Origin: Alphaproteobacteria bacterium
GTDB taxonomy: Bacteria; Pseudomonadota; Alphaproteobacteria; UBA828
Assembly (NCBI GenBank): GCA_963667785.2
Contig: CAXXMU010000001.1
Coordinates: forward strand, 1,088,001 to 1,152,000
Length of the DNA stretch: 64,000 bases
Reading direction: 5' to 3'
The translations under genes and the position numbers were made by a program. This document shows, piece by piece, positions 1-8,944 of this stretch; positions within the stretch are counted from its first letter, which is position 1; each line of letters begins with the position of its first letter. The notes beneath the pieces were generated by a model. That model was not told the DNA's origin. It made no database searches and saw nothing but the letters and a program-made list of their open reading frames with translations.

Positions 1-97
1 GCAGCCGGCCTGCGACCGGCGCCGTCGCGCGTCCACGCGCGCGGAGCGCACGATGCGGGCGCGCCGCATAAGCGGCGGGCCGCAGTCGCGGCCTGTC

Positions 98-122
98 GCG
101 TATCCGTCAAAGACGGATACGC
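98..122. terminator. Perfect 11-bp hairpin just downstream of the amidase stop (terminator-like or REP-like)
   Basis: GCGTATCCGTC-AAA-GACGGATACGC lies 1 nt from the minus-strand TAG at 124-126. There is no U-tract, so intrinsic termination is uncertain. Confidence 0.45.
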
Positions 123-123
123 T

Positions 124-1527
124 CTAGGCGTCGAGGCCCGGCGGGGTGCGCAGGTGCCAGTCGGTGGCCTGCTCGTAGGCCCAGCCGATGCGGAGCGCGG
201 TCGCCTCGTCATGGCTGCGGCAGACGATGTGCAGCGCCGTCGGCAGCCCGCTCGCCGTGGCGCCGTTGGGCACCACGAGCGCGCACCATTCCAGCCAGTT
301 GGCGAGTCGCGTGAAGTGGGCCGGCGTCTTGCCCTGGTCGATCGCGTCCACCGCCGGCGCCGGCGTCAGCGTGCCGGGCGTCAGCAGGGCGTCGAAGCCT
401 TCCATCGCCGCCAGCGCGGCCCGCTTGTCCTCCCGGCGCTTGTCGAGCAGCGCGAGGTAGTCGGCGGCCGAAACGCCGCGGCCGAGCCAGATGCGCGGGC
501 GCACGTCTTCGTCGATGGGGAGCGATTCGTCGTCCACCAGCCGGCCTACGTGGAAGTAGCCCTCGGTGCCGATCAGCCTGCCCACGTCGGCGCCATACTC
601 GGCGGCCGAGCGCGGCAGCGCCAGCGTCTCGCAGCGCGCGCCCGATTCCGTCAGCAGGTCGACGGCCGCGTCGTAGGCGGCGAGCACCTCGGCATCGACG
701 CCGCGCCGCTCGGCCTCGGCCATGACGCCCAGGCGAAGCCCGGCGACGCCGCGCCGCAGGTGGGGCAGGGGATCGTCGGGCGCATGGCGGAGCGTGGCCG
801 GATCGGCGGGGTCGGGGCCCTGCAGGACGCCGTAGAGCCGGGCCGCGTCCTCCACCGAGCGAGTCATCGGGCCGGGCGTGTCCAGCGTGTGGGAAAGCGG
901 CAGCACGCCCGCCGTGCTGATCCGCCCGATCGTCACCTTGAGGCCGGCGAGCCCGCACCAAGCCGAAGGGATCCGCACCGAGCCGCCGGTATCGGTGCCG
1001 ATCGCCCAGGGCACGAGGCGGGCGGCGACGGAGACGCCGGAGCCGCTGCTCGAGCCGCCCGGCGCGCGGTGGACCGCCCGGTCCCAGGGATTGCGCGGCG
1101 TCCCCATGTGCTGGTTGGTGCCCCAGCCGCCCATGGCGAATTCCACGGTGTTGGCCTTGCCGATGACGATCATGCCGGCTTCGATCAGCCGGCGCGCGAG
1201 CGTCGCCGTGGAAGGCGAGACGCGCCCCTCCCAGTGCCTGCTGCCGCCGGTGGTGATGCGGCCCTCGATGTCGATGATGTCCTTCAGCGCGATCGGCACG
1301 CCGTGCCAGGGGCCGATGGCGTGGCCTGCGCGGATCGCCTTGTGCGCCGCCTCGGCGCACGCCCGCGCCTCGTCGCGATAGACCGCGGCGAAGGCGTGCA
1401 GCTCCTCGCCGTGTGCGTCGATGCGGGCGAGCAGCGCGTCCACGAGCTCGACCGGGCTGAGCCGCCCGGCCTGGATCGCCTCGGACGCCTCGCAGGCGGT
1501 CAGGAACGCCGGGTTCGATGGCGGCAT
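124..1527 (-). CDS. Amidase signature family protein (GatA/AtzE-like amidase)
   Basis: Motifs GVPIALKD (Lys), PGGSSSGS and GTDTGGSVRIP (Ser-cisSer-Lys triad). Start moved to ATG 1527 behind GAGGGAG. Confidence 0.9.
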   Translation of the reverse strand: MPPSNPAFLTACEASEAIQAGRLSPVELVDALLARIDAHGEELHAFAAVYRDEARACAEAAHKAIRAGHAIGPWHGVPIALKDIIDIEGRITTGGSRHWEGRVSPSTATLARRLIEAGMIVIGKANTVEFAMGGWGTNQHMGTPRNPWDRAVHRAPGGSSSGSGVSVAARLVPWAIGTDTGGSVRIPSAWCGLAGLKVTIGRISTAGVLPLSHTLDTPGPMTRSVEDAARLYGVLQGPDPADPATLRHAPDDPLPHLRRGVAGLRLGVMAEAERRGVDAEVLAAYDAAVDLLTESGARCETLALPRSAAEYGADVGRLIGTEGYFHVGRLVDDESLPIDEDVRPRIWLGRGVSAADYLALLDKRREDKRAALAAMEGFDALLTPGTLTPAPAVDAIDQGKTPAHFTRLANWLEWCALVVPNGATASGLPTALHIVCRSHDEATALRIGWAYEQATDWHLRTPPGLDA

Positions 1528-1556
1528 GGGGAACTCCCTCGAGAATATACGCGTTG

Positions 1557-1973
1557 TCAGGCGGTCTTCGCGGGGGCCGGCGTCTCGGGCCCGAGGTCCT
1601 CGCCGTAGCGGGTGATGACGCCCGTGGTATGGAAGGTCTCCCACGCCACGCCCTCGGGATCGAAGACCCAGGTCTTGTCGCCCCGCGCGTAGCAGCAGTG
1701 CGCGTCCGCCTGGTCGACGTGGCGTTCGCCCGCTTCCTTCAGCCGCCCGGCAAGCGCGCCAAGTTCATCGGCGCTCTCCGTCTGGATGCCGAGATGGTCG
1801 ACGCCGGGCGCGCCGCAGCCAGTCGAGATCGAGAGGTTGAGGCGCGGGTCCTCCAGCATCCACTTGGCGTAGTCGGCCTTCAGCACCGTCGGGCCGGTGC
1901 CGAAGAGAGTCGTGTAGAACCCGACCGAGCGCTTGAGGTCGCTCACCGAGATGCTGATGTGCACGCGCTTCAT
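1557..1973 (-). CDS. ArsI/CadI family VOC (glyoxalase-fold) metalloenzyme
   Basis: MKRVHISISV..FY..LFG..P....DYAKW..EDP.LNL, DHLGIQ, vicinal CCYA..DKTWV.DP.G..WETF. RBS GGAG before ATG 1973. Confidence 0.85.
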   Translation of the reverse strand: MKRVHISISVSDLKRSVGFYTTLFGTGPTVLKADYAKWMLEDPRLNLSISTGCGAPGVDHLGIQTESADELGALAGRLKEAGERHVDQADAHCCYARGDKTWVFDPEGVAWETFHTTGVITRYGEDLGPETPAPAKTA

Positions 1974-2048
1974 GGCCGTCTCCCGTCGGCTGCGGCTATC
2001 TCGCGGTTGATACACCGACGCGGCGCGGCGTGCCACCGGCGCCTGCTC

Positions 2049-2771
2049 TTAGCCGAGGAACGTGGCGGCGAAGCGGGGATAGACGTCGGCAAGGGCCGCG
2101 CCGACCGGTCCCCGGAGCAGCGCCATCGTTCCTGCGTCCGGCGCCGGCGTCTCGGGCGGGTCGTCGGCGCTGTCGAAGTCGAAGCCGGTGGCGTCGCGCA
2201 CCTCGTCGAGGCTGTGGCCGGGGTGCAGCGAGGCGAGGCGGAAGCGCCCCCGCGCGGGCTCGAAGCGGAAGACGCAGCGCCCCGTCACCAGTGCGTAGGG
2301 CCCGCCCGGCCGGTAGACGCCGGGCGGACTCGTGCCCGGCGCGCTGACGAAGTCCACTCTGCGGACGAGGGTGCGCGGCGAGTGCTCGAGGCGGAACAGG
2401 ATGACGCGGGGCACCACGAAGTAGAGGTAGGCGGAGCCGTACGAGCCGGGGAAGCGCTTCTCGGCGGCGGGGTGGGGGCCGGTGCCGACGAGGTTGATGT
2501 CGGCGCCGCCGTCGATCTGCACCCCGCCGAGGAAGAAGGCGTCGATGCGCCCCTGGCCGGCGCGGTCGAAGAGCTCGCGCCCGCCGTCGGTGAAGTCGCT
2601 CCCGGCCTGCGCACCGAGCAGGCTCAGCGCCGGCCGGCCGCCGCCGCGCTCGCGCGCGAGCAGGGCGGCTGCGGCGGGAATCGGCGAGGAGGCCCCGACC
2701 GCGACCCGGCCCAGCCCTTCGAGCATGCCGGCGATGACGTCGATGAGGAGCGCGGTCGTTTCCGTGTTCAT
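2049..2771 (-). CDS. Family I CoA-transferase-fold beta subunit (GctB/IpdB-like)
   Basis: DAFFLGGVQIDG..DINL, RFPGSYGSA, VDFVSAPG, LASLHPG...EVRDATGF. Overlaps the alpha-subunit gene by 4 nt. Confidence 0.8.
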   Translation of the reverse strand: MNTETTALLIDVIAGMLEGLGRVAVGASSPIPAAAALLARERGGGRPALSLLGAQAGSDFTDGGRELFDRAGQGRIDAFFLGGVQIDGGADINLVGTGPHPAAEKRFPGSYGSAYLYFVVPRVILFRLEHSPRTLVRRVDFVSAPGTSPPGVYRPGGPYALVTGRCVFRFEPARGRFRLASLHPGHSLDEVRDATGFDFDSADDPPETPAPDAGTMALLRGPVGAALADVYPRFAATFLG

Positions 2772-3601
2772 TCGGCGGCGCAGAGGCCGGCCGCGTCTTC
2801 GTCCACGTACTCGGCGCAGTACTCCGCGAAGCCTTCCTCGCTCGCCGCGAGCCGGGCGTACTCGGCGAGGTGGGCGCGGTCGGGCTCGTAGCGGCCGGCG
2901 AGGCCGAGGGGCCAGGCGCCCTCGGCCACCTCGGCGAGCGCCGTGACGTAGAGCGCGGGCAGCGTGCCCGCCGCCAGCGCCTCGTCGGCCAGCAGGTCGC
3001 CGGGTCGCACTTCCTCGACCGTGACCAGCGTCTCGCGCGACGCATGGGCCATGGTCACGAGCTCGCGCCTCGCGCCGAGCCAGACGTTGCCGTGCTCGTC
3101 GGCGAAGGGGGCGTGGAAGAGGGCGACATCGGGGCGGAGCGCCGGCAGCAGGACGATGGGGTCGCCGCCCTCGGCGAGCGGGTTGTCGATCACCCGCCAG
3201 TCGGGGCGCGCCCGGAGCAGGTCCGAGCCGATGAGGCCGCGCAAGGGCATGAAGGGTACGCCCTTCTCGGCCGCCTGGAGCGCGGCGTGGATCGCCGGGC
3301 AGGTGGATTCGCGGATCGCGAGCCTGCCTGCCTCGATCGCCGCCGAGAAGCGGGGCGCATTGCCAAGCTCGCCGAGGCTCACCGCCGCGGTCTCGACGGT
3401 GGCGACGCAGCCGGCGCCGATCAGCAGGTCCGCCGCGATGCCGGCCTGCGGCACCGTCACGAGGTGCAGATCGCGCACTCCGTGCCGCACCAGCGCGCGC
3501 ACCGCGGCCATCGGGACGAAGGAATAGTCCGGCGGCAACGCCAGCGTGGCGCCGCCCGCGATTCGGCCCGCGAGCCCGTCGAGGGGCAGCGTCTCGGTCA
3601 C
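2768..3601 (-). CDS. Family I CoA-transferase-fold alpha subunit (GctA/IpdA-like)
   Basis: PMAAVRALVR.GVRDL, ADLLIGAGCV, AAEKGVPFMPLRGLIGSDL, PALRPDVALFHA..AD..GN. GTG start with GGAG upstream. Confidence 0.8.
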   Translation of the reverse strand: MTETLPLDGLAGRIAGGATLALPPDYSFVPMAAVRALVRHGVRDLHLVTVPQAGIAADLLIGAGCVATVETAAVSLGELGNAPRFSAAIEAGRLAIRESTCPAIHAALQAAEKGVPFMPLRGLIGSDLLRARPDWRVIDNPLAEGGDPIVLLPALRPDVALFHAPFADEHGNVWLGARRELVTMAHASRETLVTVEEVRPGDLLADEALAAGTLPALYVTALAEVAEGAWPLGLAGRYEPDRAHLAEYARLAASEEGFAEYCAEYVDEDAAGLCAAE

Positions 3602-3620
3602 GGGCGTGCGCTCCCGCCGC

Positions 3621-5399
3621 TCAGAACTCGTCCGCGCCGTGGGCCATCACGGCGTTCTTGCCCGCCATGATCTTGAGGAAGAGCCCGGCGGTGTCCGGCA
3701 GGACTTTCTGCACGTAGAAGCGGGCGGTCTTGAGCTTGGTGTCGTAGAAGGCCTCGCCGTTCTGCTTGTCGCGGGCGAGCTTCGCCATCTGGCACCACAT
3801 GTAGCCGACCGCCACCAGCCCGAACATCCTGAGGTAGTCGGACGCCGCGGCGCCGGCCTCCTCGGGATCGCCCAGGCCGCGCTGGGCGATGACCAGCGTC
3901 GCGGTCTGCAGCTTGCCGAGCGCCTTGCCCACCGGGCCGACGATGTCGGCGAGCTCGGGGTCGTCCTTGTTGGCCTCGACGAAGGCCACGGCGGGGTGGA
4001 AGAAGTGGCGCAGGTAGCGCCCGGCCCGCTGGGGCAGCTTGCGGCCCACCAGATCGAGAGCCTGGATGCCGTTCGCGCCCTCGTAGATCTGGCTGATCCG
4101 CGCGTCGCGCACGAGCTGCTCCATGCCGTGCTCGCGGATATAGCCGTGGCCGCCGTGGACCTGGAGGGCGAGGTTGGTGGACTCGAAGCCGTAGTCGGTG
4201 AAGAAGGCCTTGATGATGGGCGTCATCAACTGGACCAGCTCGTCCGCATCCTCGCGCACCGAGGCGTCCTCGTGGCTGCGGGAGATGTCGAGCTGCAGCG
4301 CCACCCAGTAGGCGAGTGCCCGCGCCCCTTCGTTGATCGCGCGCTGGATGAGCAGCATGCGGCGCACGTCGGGGTGGACGATGATCGGGTCGGCCGCCGC
4401 CTCCGGCTCTTCGGCGCCCTTGAGTCCGCGCCCCTGGCGGCGGTCCTTGGCATAGGCCGTGGCGCTCTGATAGGCGGTCTCGCCCAGGCCCAGGCCCTGC
4501 AGGCCGACGCCGAGGCGGGCGCCGTTCATCATCGTGAACATGCAGCGCAGCCCCTTGTGCGGCGCGCCGATCAGGTAGCCCTCCGCCTCCTCGAAGTGCA
4601 TCACGCAGGTGGCGGAGCCGTGGATGCCCATCTTCTCCTCGATCGAGCCGCAGGAGACGCCGTTGGCGGGGCCGGGGCTGCCGTCGGCGTTCAGCCTGCG
4701 CTTCGGCACCAGGAACAGGCTGATGCCGCGCACGCCGCGCGGCGCGTCGGGGAGCTTCGCCAGCACCAGATGGACGATGTTGTCCGTGAGGTCGTGCTCG
4801 CCGGCGGAGATGAAGATCTTGGTCCCGGAGATCGCGTAGCGGCCCTCGCCGGTCGGCACCGCCTTGGTGCGGATGAGGCCGAGGTCGGTGCCGCAGTGGG
4901 GCTCGGTCAGGCACATGGTGCCGCTCCAGGTGCCGTCGCCCAGGTGTGGCAAATAAGCCTGCTTCAGCGCCTCGGTGGCGTGCAGCTCGATGACCGAGGC
5001 GGCCCCGTTCGAGAGCAGCGGGTAGACGCCGAAGGCGAGATTGGTCGAGCAGACCATCTCGTCGAAGACCATGCTGATGAGCTGTGGCAGCCCCTTGCCG
5101 CCGTAGTCCGGCGACATCGTGACGCCGGTCCAGCCGGCATCGACGAAGGTCTTGTAGGCCTCCTTGTACCCGGCGGGTGTGCGCACCACACCGTTCTCGT
5201 AGTGGCAGCCCTCCTCGTCGGCCGGGCGGTTGAGCGGCAGCAGCGTGTTCTCGCAGAGCTTGGCGCCCTCCTCGATCATGGCGTCGATGACGTCGGGCGT
5301 CGCGTCCTCGTAGCCGGGAAGGTCGGCGATCGTGCCGACGTCGAGAAGCTCGTTGAGCACGAAGCGCATGTCGCGCAGCGGGGCGCTGTAGGTCTGCAT
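3621..5399 (-). CDS. Acyl-CoA dehydrogenase (long, ~590-aa DmdC-like subfamily)
   Basis: YSAPLRDMRFVL, GTMCLTEPHCGTDLG, GTKIFISAGEHD, EEKMGIHGSATC, QVHGGHGYI, IYEGANGIQALDL. Confidence 0.9.
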   Translation of the reverse strand: MQTYSAPLRDMRFVLNELLDVGTIADLPGYEDATPDVIDAMIEEGAKLCENTLLPLNRPADEEGCHYENGVVRTPAGYKEAYKTFVDAGWTGVTMSPDYGGKGLPQLISMVFDEMVCSTNLAFGVYPLLSNGAASVIELHATEALKQAYLPHLGDGTWSGTMCLTEPHCGTDLGLIRTKAVPTGEGRYAISGTKIFISAGEHDLTDNIVHLVLAKLPDAPRGVRGISLFLVPKRRLNADGSPGPANGVSCGSIEEKMGIHGSATCVMHFEEAEGYLIGAPHKGLRCMFTMMNGARLGVGLQGLGLGETAYQSATAYAKDRRQGRGLKGAEEPEAAADPIIVHPDVRRMLLIQRAINEGARALAYWVALQLDISRSHEDASVREDADELVQLMTPIIKAFFTDYGFESTNLALQVHGGHGYIREHGMEQLVRDARISQIYEGANGIQALDLVGRKLPQRAGRYLRHFFHPAVAFVEANKDDPELADIVGPVGKALGKLQTATLVIAQRGLGDPEEAGAAASDYLRMFGLVAVGYMWCQMAKLARDKQNGEAFYDTKLKTARFYVQKVLPDTAGLFLKIMAGKNAVMAHGADEF

Positions 5400-5432
5400 G
5401 ACGGTCTCTCCGGAGTCTCCTGTTGTCCGCGC

Positions 5433-6701
5433 TCAGTTGCCCACCGTGAGGTCGACCGCCCGGCCCATCACCGTGCGGCTCGCGGGCGTGGTGCTGGCCA
5501 CCAGCCTGCCGCGCTTGAAGACGTGGGTGCAGGCCGGGTTGATGCGCAGCACGTCGGCCTTGCTGGCGGCGTCGAATACCGCCAGGTCGGCCCGGCAGCC
5601 CGGCGCCACGCCGTAGTCCTCGAGCGCGAGGATCTCGGCGTTCTTCCAGGTGACCATGTCGAAGCAGGCGTCGATCTCCGCCGTGCCGGACATCTGGCAG
5701 ACGTGGAGCGCGAGCGATGCCGCCTGCACCATGTCGCCGCGCCCCAGCGGGTACCACGGGTCCATGATCGAATCATGGCCGATGCCGACGGTGATGCCGG
5801 CCTGCCACAGCTCCTTGACGCGGGTCATGGCGCGGCGCTTGGGGTAGGTGTCCTCGCGCCCCAGCAGGATCAGGTTGTCGAAGGGGTTGGCGATGATGTT
5901 GAGCGCGCCCTTCTGGAGCCAGCCGAAGAGGCGGAAGGCGTAGGCGTTGGCGTAGGAGTGCATCGCCGCGCAGTGGCTCGCCGTCACCCGCCCCTGCATG
6001 CCGCGGTAGTAGCTCTCGTGCGCCATCACCTCGGTGAAGCGCGAGTTGGGGTCGTCGACCTCGTCGCAGTGGACGTCGATCAGGAGGCCCCGCTTCTCGG
6101 CCTCGTCGAAGATCAGCTTCAGGCTGGCGACGCCCGCCTCCCGCGTCGCCTCGTTGTGGGGGATGCCGCCGATCACGTCGGGCCCCATGTCCAGCGCCCG
6201 GAGGAAGAGCTCGGGCCCGCCGGGGTGGGAGTGGATGCCGTCCTGCGGGAAGGCGACGATCTGCAGGTCCACCCGGTCGCTCACCTCGTCCTTGACCTCG
6301 AGCAGGGCCTGCATCGAGAGCTGCCCCTCGTCCGAGGTGTCGGCGTGGGTGCGGATGAAGCCCGCGCCCTGGGCGATCTCCCAGTCGATCGCCTCCCTGG
6401 CGCGTGCCTTGACCGATTCGAGGTCGCGGATCTCCTTCTGCCGGCCCCAGACGGCGATGCCCTCGTGCAGGGTGCCGCTGACGTTGACCTCCAGGTTCGC
6501 GGTGAGCACCGCGTCGAGATGGACGTGCGGGTCGATGAGCGGGCCCGAGACGAGGCGGCCGGCGCAGTCGATCACCTCGCCCGCCTCGGCCGTGATCCCC
6601 GGCTCGACCGCCGCGATGCGCTCGCCCTCGATGGCGATGTCGGCGGCGCGCACCGGCTGGTCCTCGTGCGCGACGAGGGCGTTCTTCAGAATGATGTCCA
6701 T
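5433..6701 (-). CDS. codA: Cytosine deaminase (CodA-type amidohydrolase)
   Basis: DPHVHLD, SGTLHEGI, IRTHAD, QIVAFPQDG, GGIPH, DVHCDE, TASHC and GHDSIMDPWYPLG closely follow E. coli CodA motifs. Start set at ATG 6701. Confidence 0.8.
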   Translation of the reverse strand: MDIILKNALVAHEDQPVRAADIAIEGERIAAVEPGITAEAGEVIDCAGRLVSGPLIDPHVHLDAVLTANLEVNVSGTLHEGIAVWGRQKEIRDLESVKARAREAIDWEIAQGAGFIRTHADTSDEGQLSMQALLEVKDEVSDRVDLQIVAFPQDGIHSHPGGPELFLRALDMGPDVIGGIPHNEATREAGVASLKLIFDEAEKRGLLIDVHCDEVDDPNSRFTEVMAHESYYRGMQGRVTASHCAAMHSYANAYAFRLFGWLQKGALNIIANPFDNLILLGREDTYPKRRAMTRVKELWQAGITVGIGHDSIMDPWYPLGRGDMVQAASLALHVCQMSGTAEIDACFDMVTWKNAEILALEDYGVAPGCRADLAVFDAASKADVLRINPACTHVFKRGRLVASTTPASRTVMGRAVDLTVGN

Positions 6702-6835
6702 ACCCGGCTGTCCCCCATGTGGGCACGCGGCCCGCGTCTCACAAGCGCCGCCATTTTCGCCCAAGGCGCGCCATACCGCCAGCCGCGCGCGATTAACCGC
6801 GACACGGAAACGGTCGACCTGCCCGTGTTTCGGCA

Positions 6836-6879
6836 TTGCCAGCATTTCTGACTGATCATATATTCAGATCACACAGAAA
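6836..6879 (+). promoter_or_regulatory. Sigma70 promoter with overlapping palindromic operator for the TA operon
   Basis: TTGCCA(6836-41)-N17-TATATT(6859-64). Inverted repeat TTTCTGACTGATC(6845-57)/GATCACACAGAAA(6867-79), 11 of 13 positions complementary, flanks the -10 box. Confidence 0.7.
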
Positions 6880-6896
6880 CTTTGAGAATCGGACCG

Positions 6897-7121
6897 ATGG
6901 AACTCGCCAAGATCACGGCACGAGGCCAGACCACGATCCCCAAGAGCATCCGAGAGGCAGCCGGCCTGCAGGAGGGCGACGTGATCGCCTTCGAATTCGA
7001 GGGCGACCGATTGGTGGTGCACAAGGTGGTGCCGGGAAGGGACGAGTACTTGCATGGCTTGGGCGAGGTGATGGGCGAATGGCTCTCGCCCGAGGACGAG
7101 GACGCGTGGCGTGACCTTTGA
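6897..7121 (+). CDS. AbrB/MazE/SpoVT family antitoxin
   Basis: AKITARGQTTIPKSIRE..GL.EGD.IAF (AbrB fold) with acidic tail EWLSPEDEDAWRDL. Overlaps the toxin start. Confidence 0.85.
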   Translation: MELAKITARGQTTIPKSIREAAGLQEGDVIAFEFEGDRLVVHKVVPGRDEYLHGLGEVMGEWLSPEDEDAWRDL

Positions 7122-7446
7122 GCCATTCGATGTCGTCGTAGTCCCCTTTCCGTTTACCGACCGGAGGGCAGCCAAGCGCAGGCCGGCCCTGATCGTCTCG
7201 TCCGCGCACTTCAACGAGGCTCACGAGCAGGCGATCCTCGCCATGATCACGACAACCGCCTTCGAATGGCCGAGCGACGTGGCGCTTCGAAGCTGGCAGG
7301 AGGCAGGTCTGAACGCTCCCTGCAAGGTCCGCTTCAAGCTCTTCACGCTCGATTGCACGCTGATCGTCCGCCGGCTCGGCGCGCTGACGAAACGGGATGG
7401 CGCAGCGGTGGGGGAAGCCCTGCGCCGCTCTCTGACGATCGATTGA
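7111..7446 (+). CDS. Type II toxin, PemK/MazF family endoribonuclease
   Basis: FDVVVVPFPFTD...AKRRPALIVS, ILAMITT, AGL..PCKVR.KLFTLD..LI.RRLG.L. GTG start lies inside the antitoxin end. Confidence 0.85.
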   Translation: MTFEPFDVVVVPFPFTDRRAAKRRPALIVSSAHFNEAHEQAILAMITTTAFEWPSDVALRSWQEAGLNAPCKVRFKLFTLDCTLIVRRLGALTKRDGAAVGEALRRSLTID

Positions 7447-7481
7447 TCGCTCGCGAGCCTCGCCAACCGCCGGCCCTGCGG

Positions 7482-8279
7482 TCAGCCGCGAGGCCGGGCG
7501 AGAGCCTCGCTCAGCGAACCGTGAAGGTGGCCGTTGCTGGCCAGCACGTCGCCGCTCGTCATCGAATCCGCCCCGCCGCCGACCTCGGTCACGATACCGC
7601 CGGCCTCGCGCACGATGACGATCCCGGCCGCGAGGTCCCAGGGCTCCATGCCGAATCCCCAGTATCCGTCGAGCCGTCCGGCCGCCACGTAGGCGAGGTC
7701 GAGCGCCGTCGAGCCCGTCCGACGGACACCTGCCGTCTCCCCGGCGAGGCGGCGCACCATGTCGGGATGGTCCGGATAGCGCGGCCGTGCGCTGAAGGGC
7801 AGCCCCGTCGCCAGCAGCGCCGGCGCCAGCGCGCGCCGGGCCGAGACGCGCATCCGCTGGTTGTTGAGGAAGGCGCCGGCGCCATTCTCCGCCCAGAACA
7901 GCTCGTCGCGGACCGCATCGTAGATCACGCCGGCGTAGGGCCTGCCGTCGCGCTCCAGCCCGATCGAGATTGCGAAGTGGGGGAGCCCGTGCAGGAAGTT
8001 GGTGGTGCCGTCCAGGGGATCGATGACCCAGCGGTTGGAGCTGTCCTCGCCCTCGATCGCGCCGCCCTCCTCGAGCAGGAAGCCGAAGCGCGGGCGGGCG
8101 CGGCGGAGCTCGGCGACGAGCGTCTTCTCCGCCCGGTGGTCGGCGGCCGAGACGAAGTCCGCCGGCCCCTTGCGCGAGACCTGCAGGTTCTCGACCTCGC
8201 CGAAGTCGTGGATCAGGTCGCGCGCCGCCTTGTAGGCGGCGTTGACCATCACCGTGATCAGCGGCGAGCGGCGGGACAT
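7482..8279 (-). CDS. suhB: Inositol monophosphatase family protein SuhB
   Basis: DFGEVENLQVSRKGPADFVS.AD, WVIDPLDGTTNFLHG.PHFAISI, LDLAYVAAGR.DGYW, PWDLAAG. Confidence 0.9.
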   Translation of the reverse strand: MSRRSPLITVMVNAAYKAARDLIHDFGEVENLQVSRKGPADFVSAADHRAEKTLVAELRRARPRFGFLLEEGGAIEGEDSSNRWVIDPLDGTTNFLHGLPHFAISIGLERDGRPYAGVIYDAVRDELFWAENGAGAFLNNQRMRVSARRALAPALLATGLPFSARPRYPDHPDMVRRLAGETAGVRRTGSTALDLAYVAAGRLDGYWGFGMEPWDLAAGIVIVREAGGIVTEVGGGADSMTSGDVLASNGHLHGSLSEALARPRG

Positions 8280-8336
8280 GGGATGGGTTCGTGACGGGGT
8301 AGGGGAGGGCGGCAGCCCCGCCCGCGGGCCGCGCCG

Positions 8337-8903
8337 TCAGTCGCGGGCACGCTCGACATAGGTCGAATCGGCGGTGCTCACCACCACGCGCTCGCCTTCC
8401 GAGATGTGCGGCGGCACCATCAGGCGCACGCCATTATCGAGCAGTGCCGGCTTGTAAGAGGCCGCGGCCGTCTGGCCCTTCACCACCGGCTCGGTCTCGG
8501 TCACGGTCTGCACCGCCGTGTCCGGCAGCGTCACGCCGAGCGGCACGCCCTCATGGGATTCGATGGTGACGATCATGCCCTCGTGCAGGAAGACCATCCG
8601 CTCGCCGATCAGGTCGCGCGCGAGGCTGGTCTGCTCGTAGGTGTCCTGATCCATGAAGTGGAGCAGCTCGCCGTCTTCGTAGAGGTACTGGAAGCGCTTC
8701 TGGTCGAGGCGGGCGCGCTCGACGCTCTCCGACGCCCTGAACCGCTCGTTCAGCTTGGTCCCGTCGCGCAGGTCCTTGAGCTCGACCTGGAGGTAGGCGC
8801 CGCCCTTGCCAGGCTGGGTGTGCTGGATCTTCACCGCGACCCAGAGGCGATCCTGATGCTCGATCACCATGCCGGGGCGGATGGCGTTGCCGTTGATCTT
8901 CAT
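8337..8903 (-). CDS. efp: Translation elongation factor P
   Basis: [10 protein letters not shown] loop, [24 protein letters not shown]...VPP.I..GE, YVERA. Confidence 0.97.
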   Translation of the reverse strand: MKINGNAIRPGMVIEHQDRLWVAVKIQHTQPGKGGAYLQVELKDLRDGTKLNERFRASESVERARLDQKRFQYLYEDGELLHFMDQDTYEQTSLARDLIGERMVFLHEGMIVTIESHEGVPLGVTLPDTAVQTVTETEPVVKGQTAAASYKPALLDNGVRLMVPPHISEGERVVVSTADSTYVERARD

Positions 8904-8944
8904 GGGGTCTGCCGCTACCCGCTGGCGAAGGGCAGCAGGCTATA

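Noticed and set aside
3621-5399. Assignment as dmdC (DMSP demethylation pathway)
   Set aside because: The subfamily is broad, and no dmdA or dmdD context is present in the window.
3546-6851. 1101-aa plus-strand ORF and many similar long ORFs (e.g. 56705-59521, 31524-34004, 52795-55008)
   Set aside because: These are antisense or off-frame shadows of well-supported genes. Stop codons are rare at this GC content, and the translations have no family motifs.
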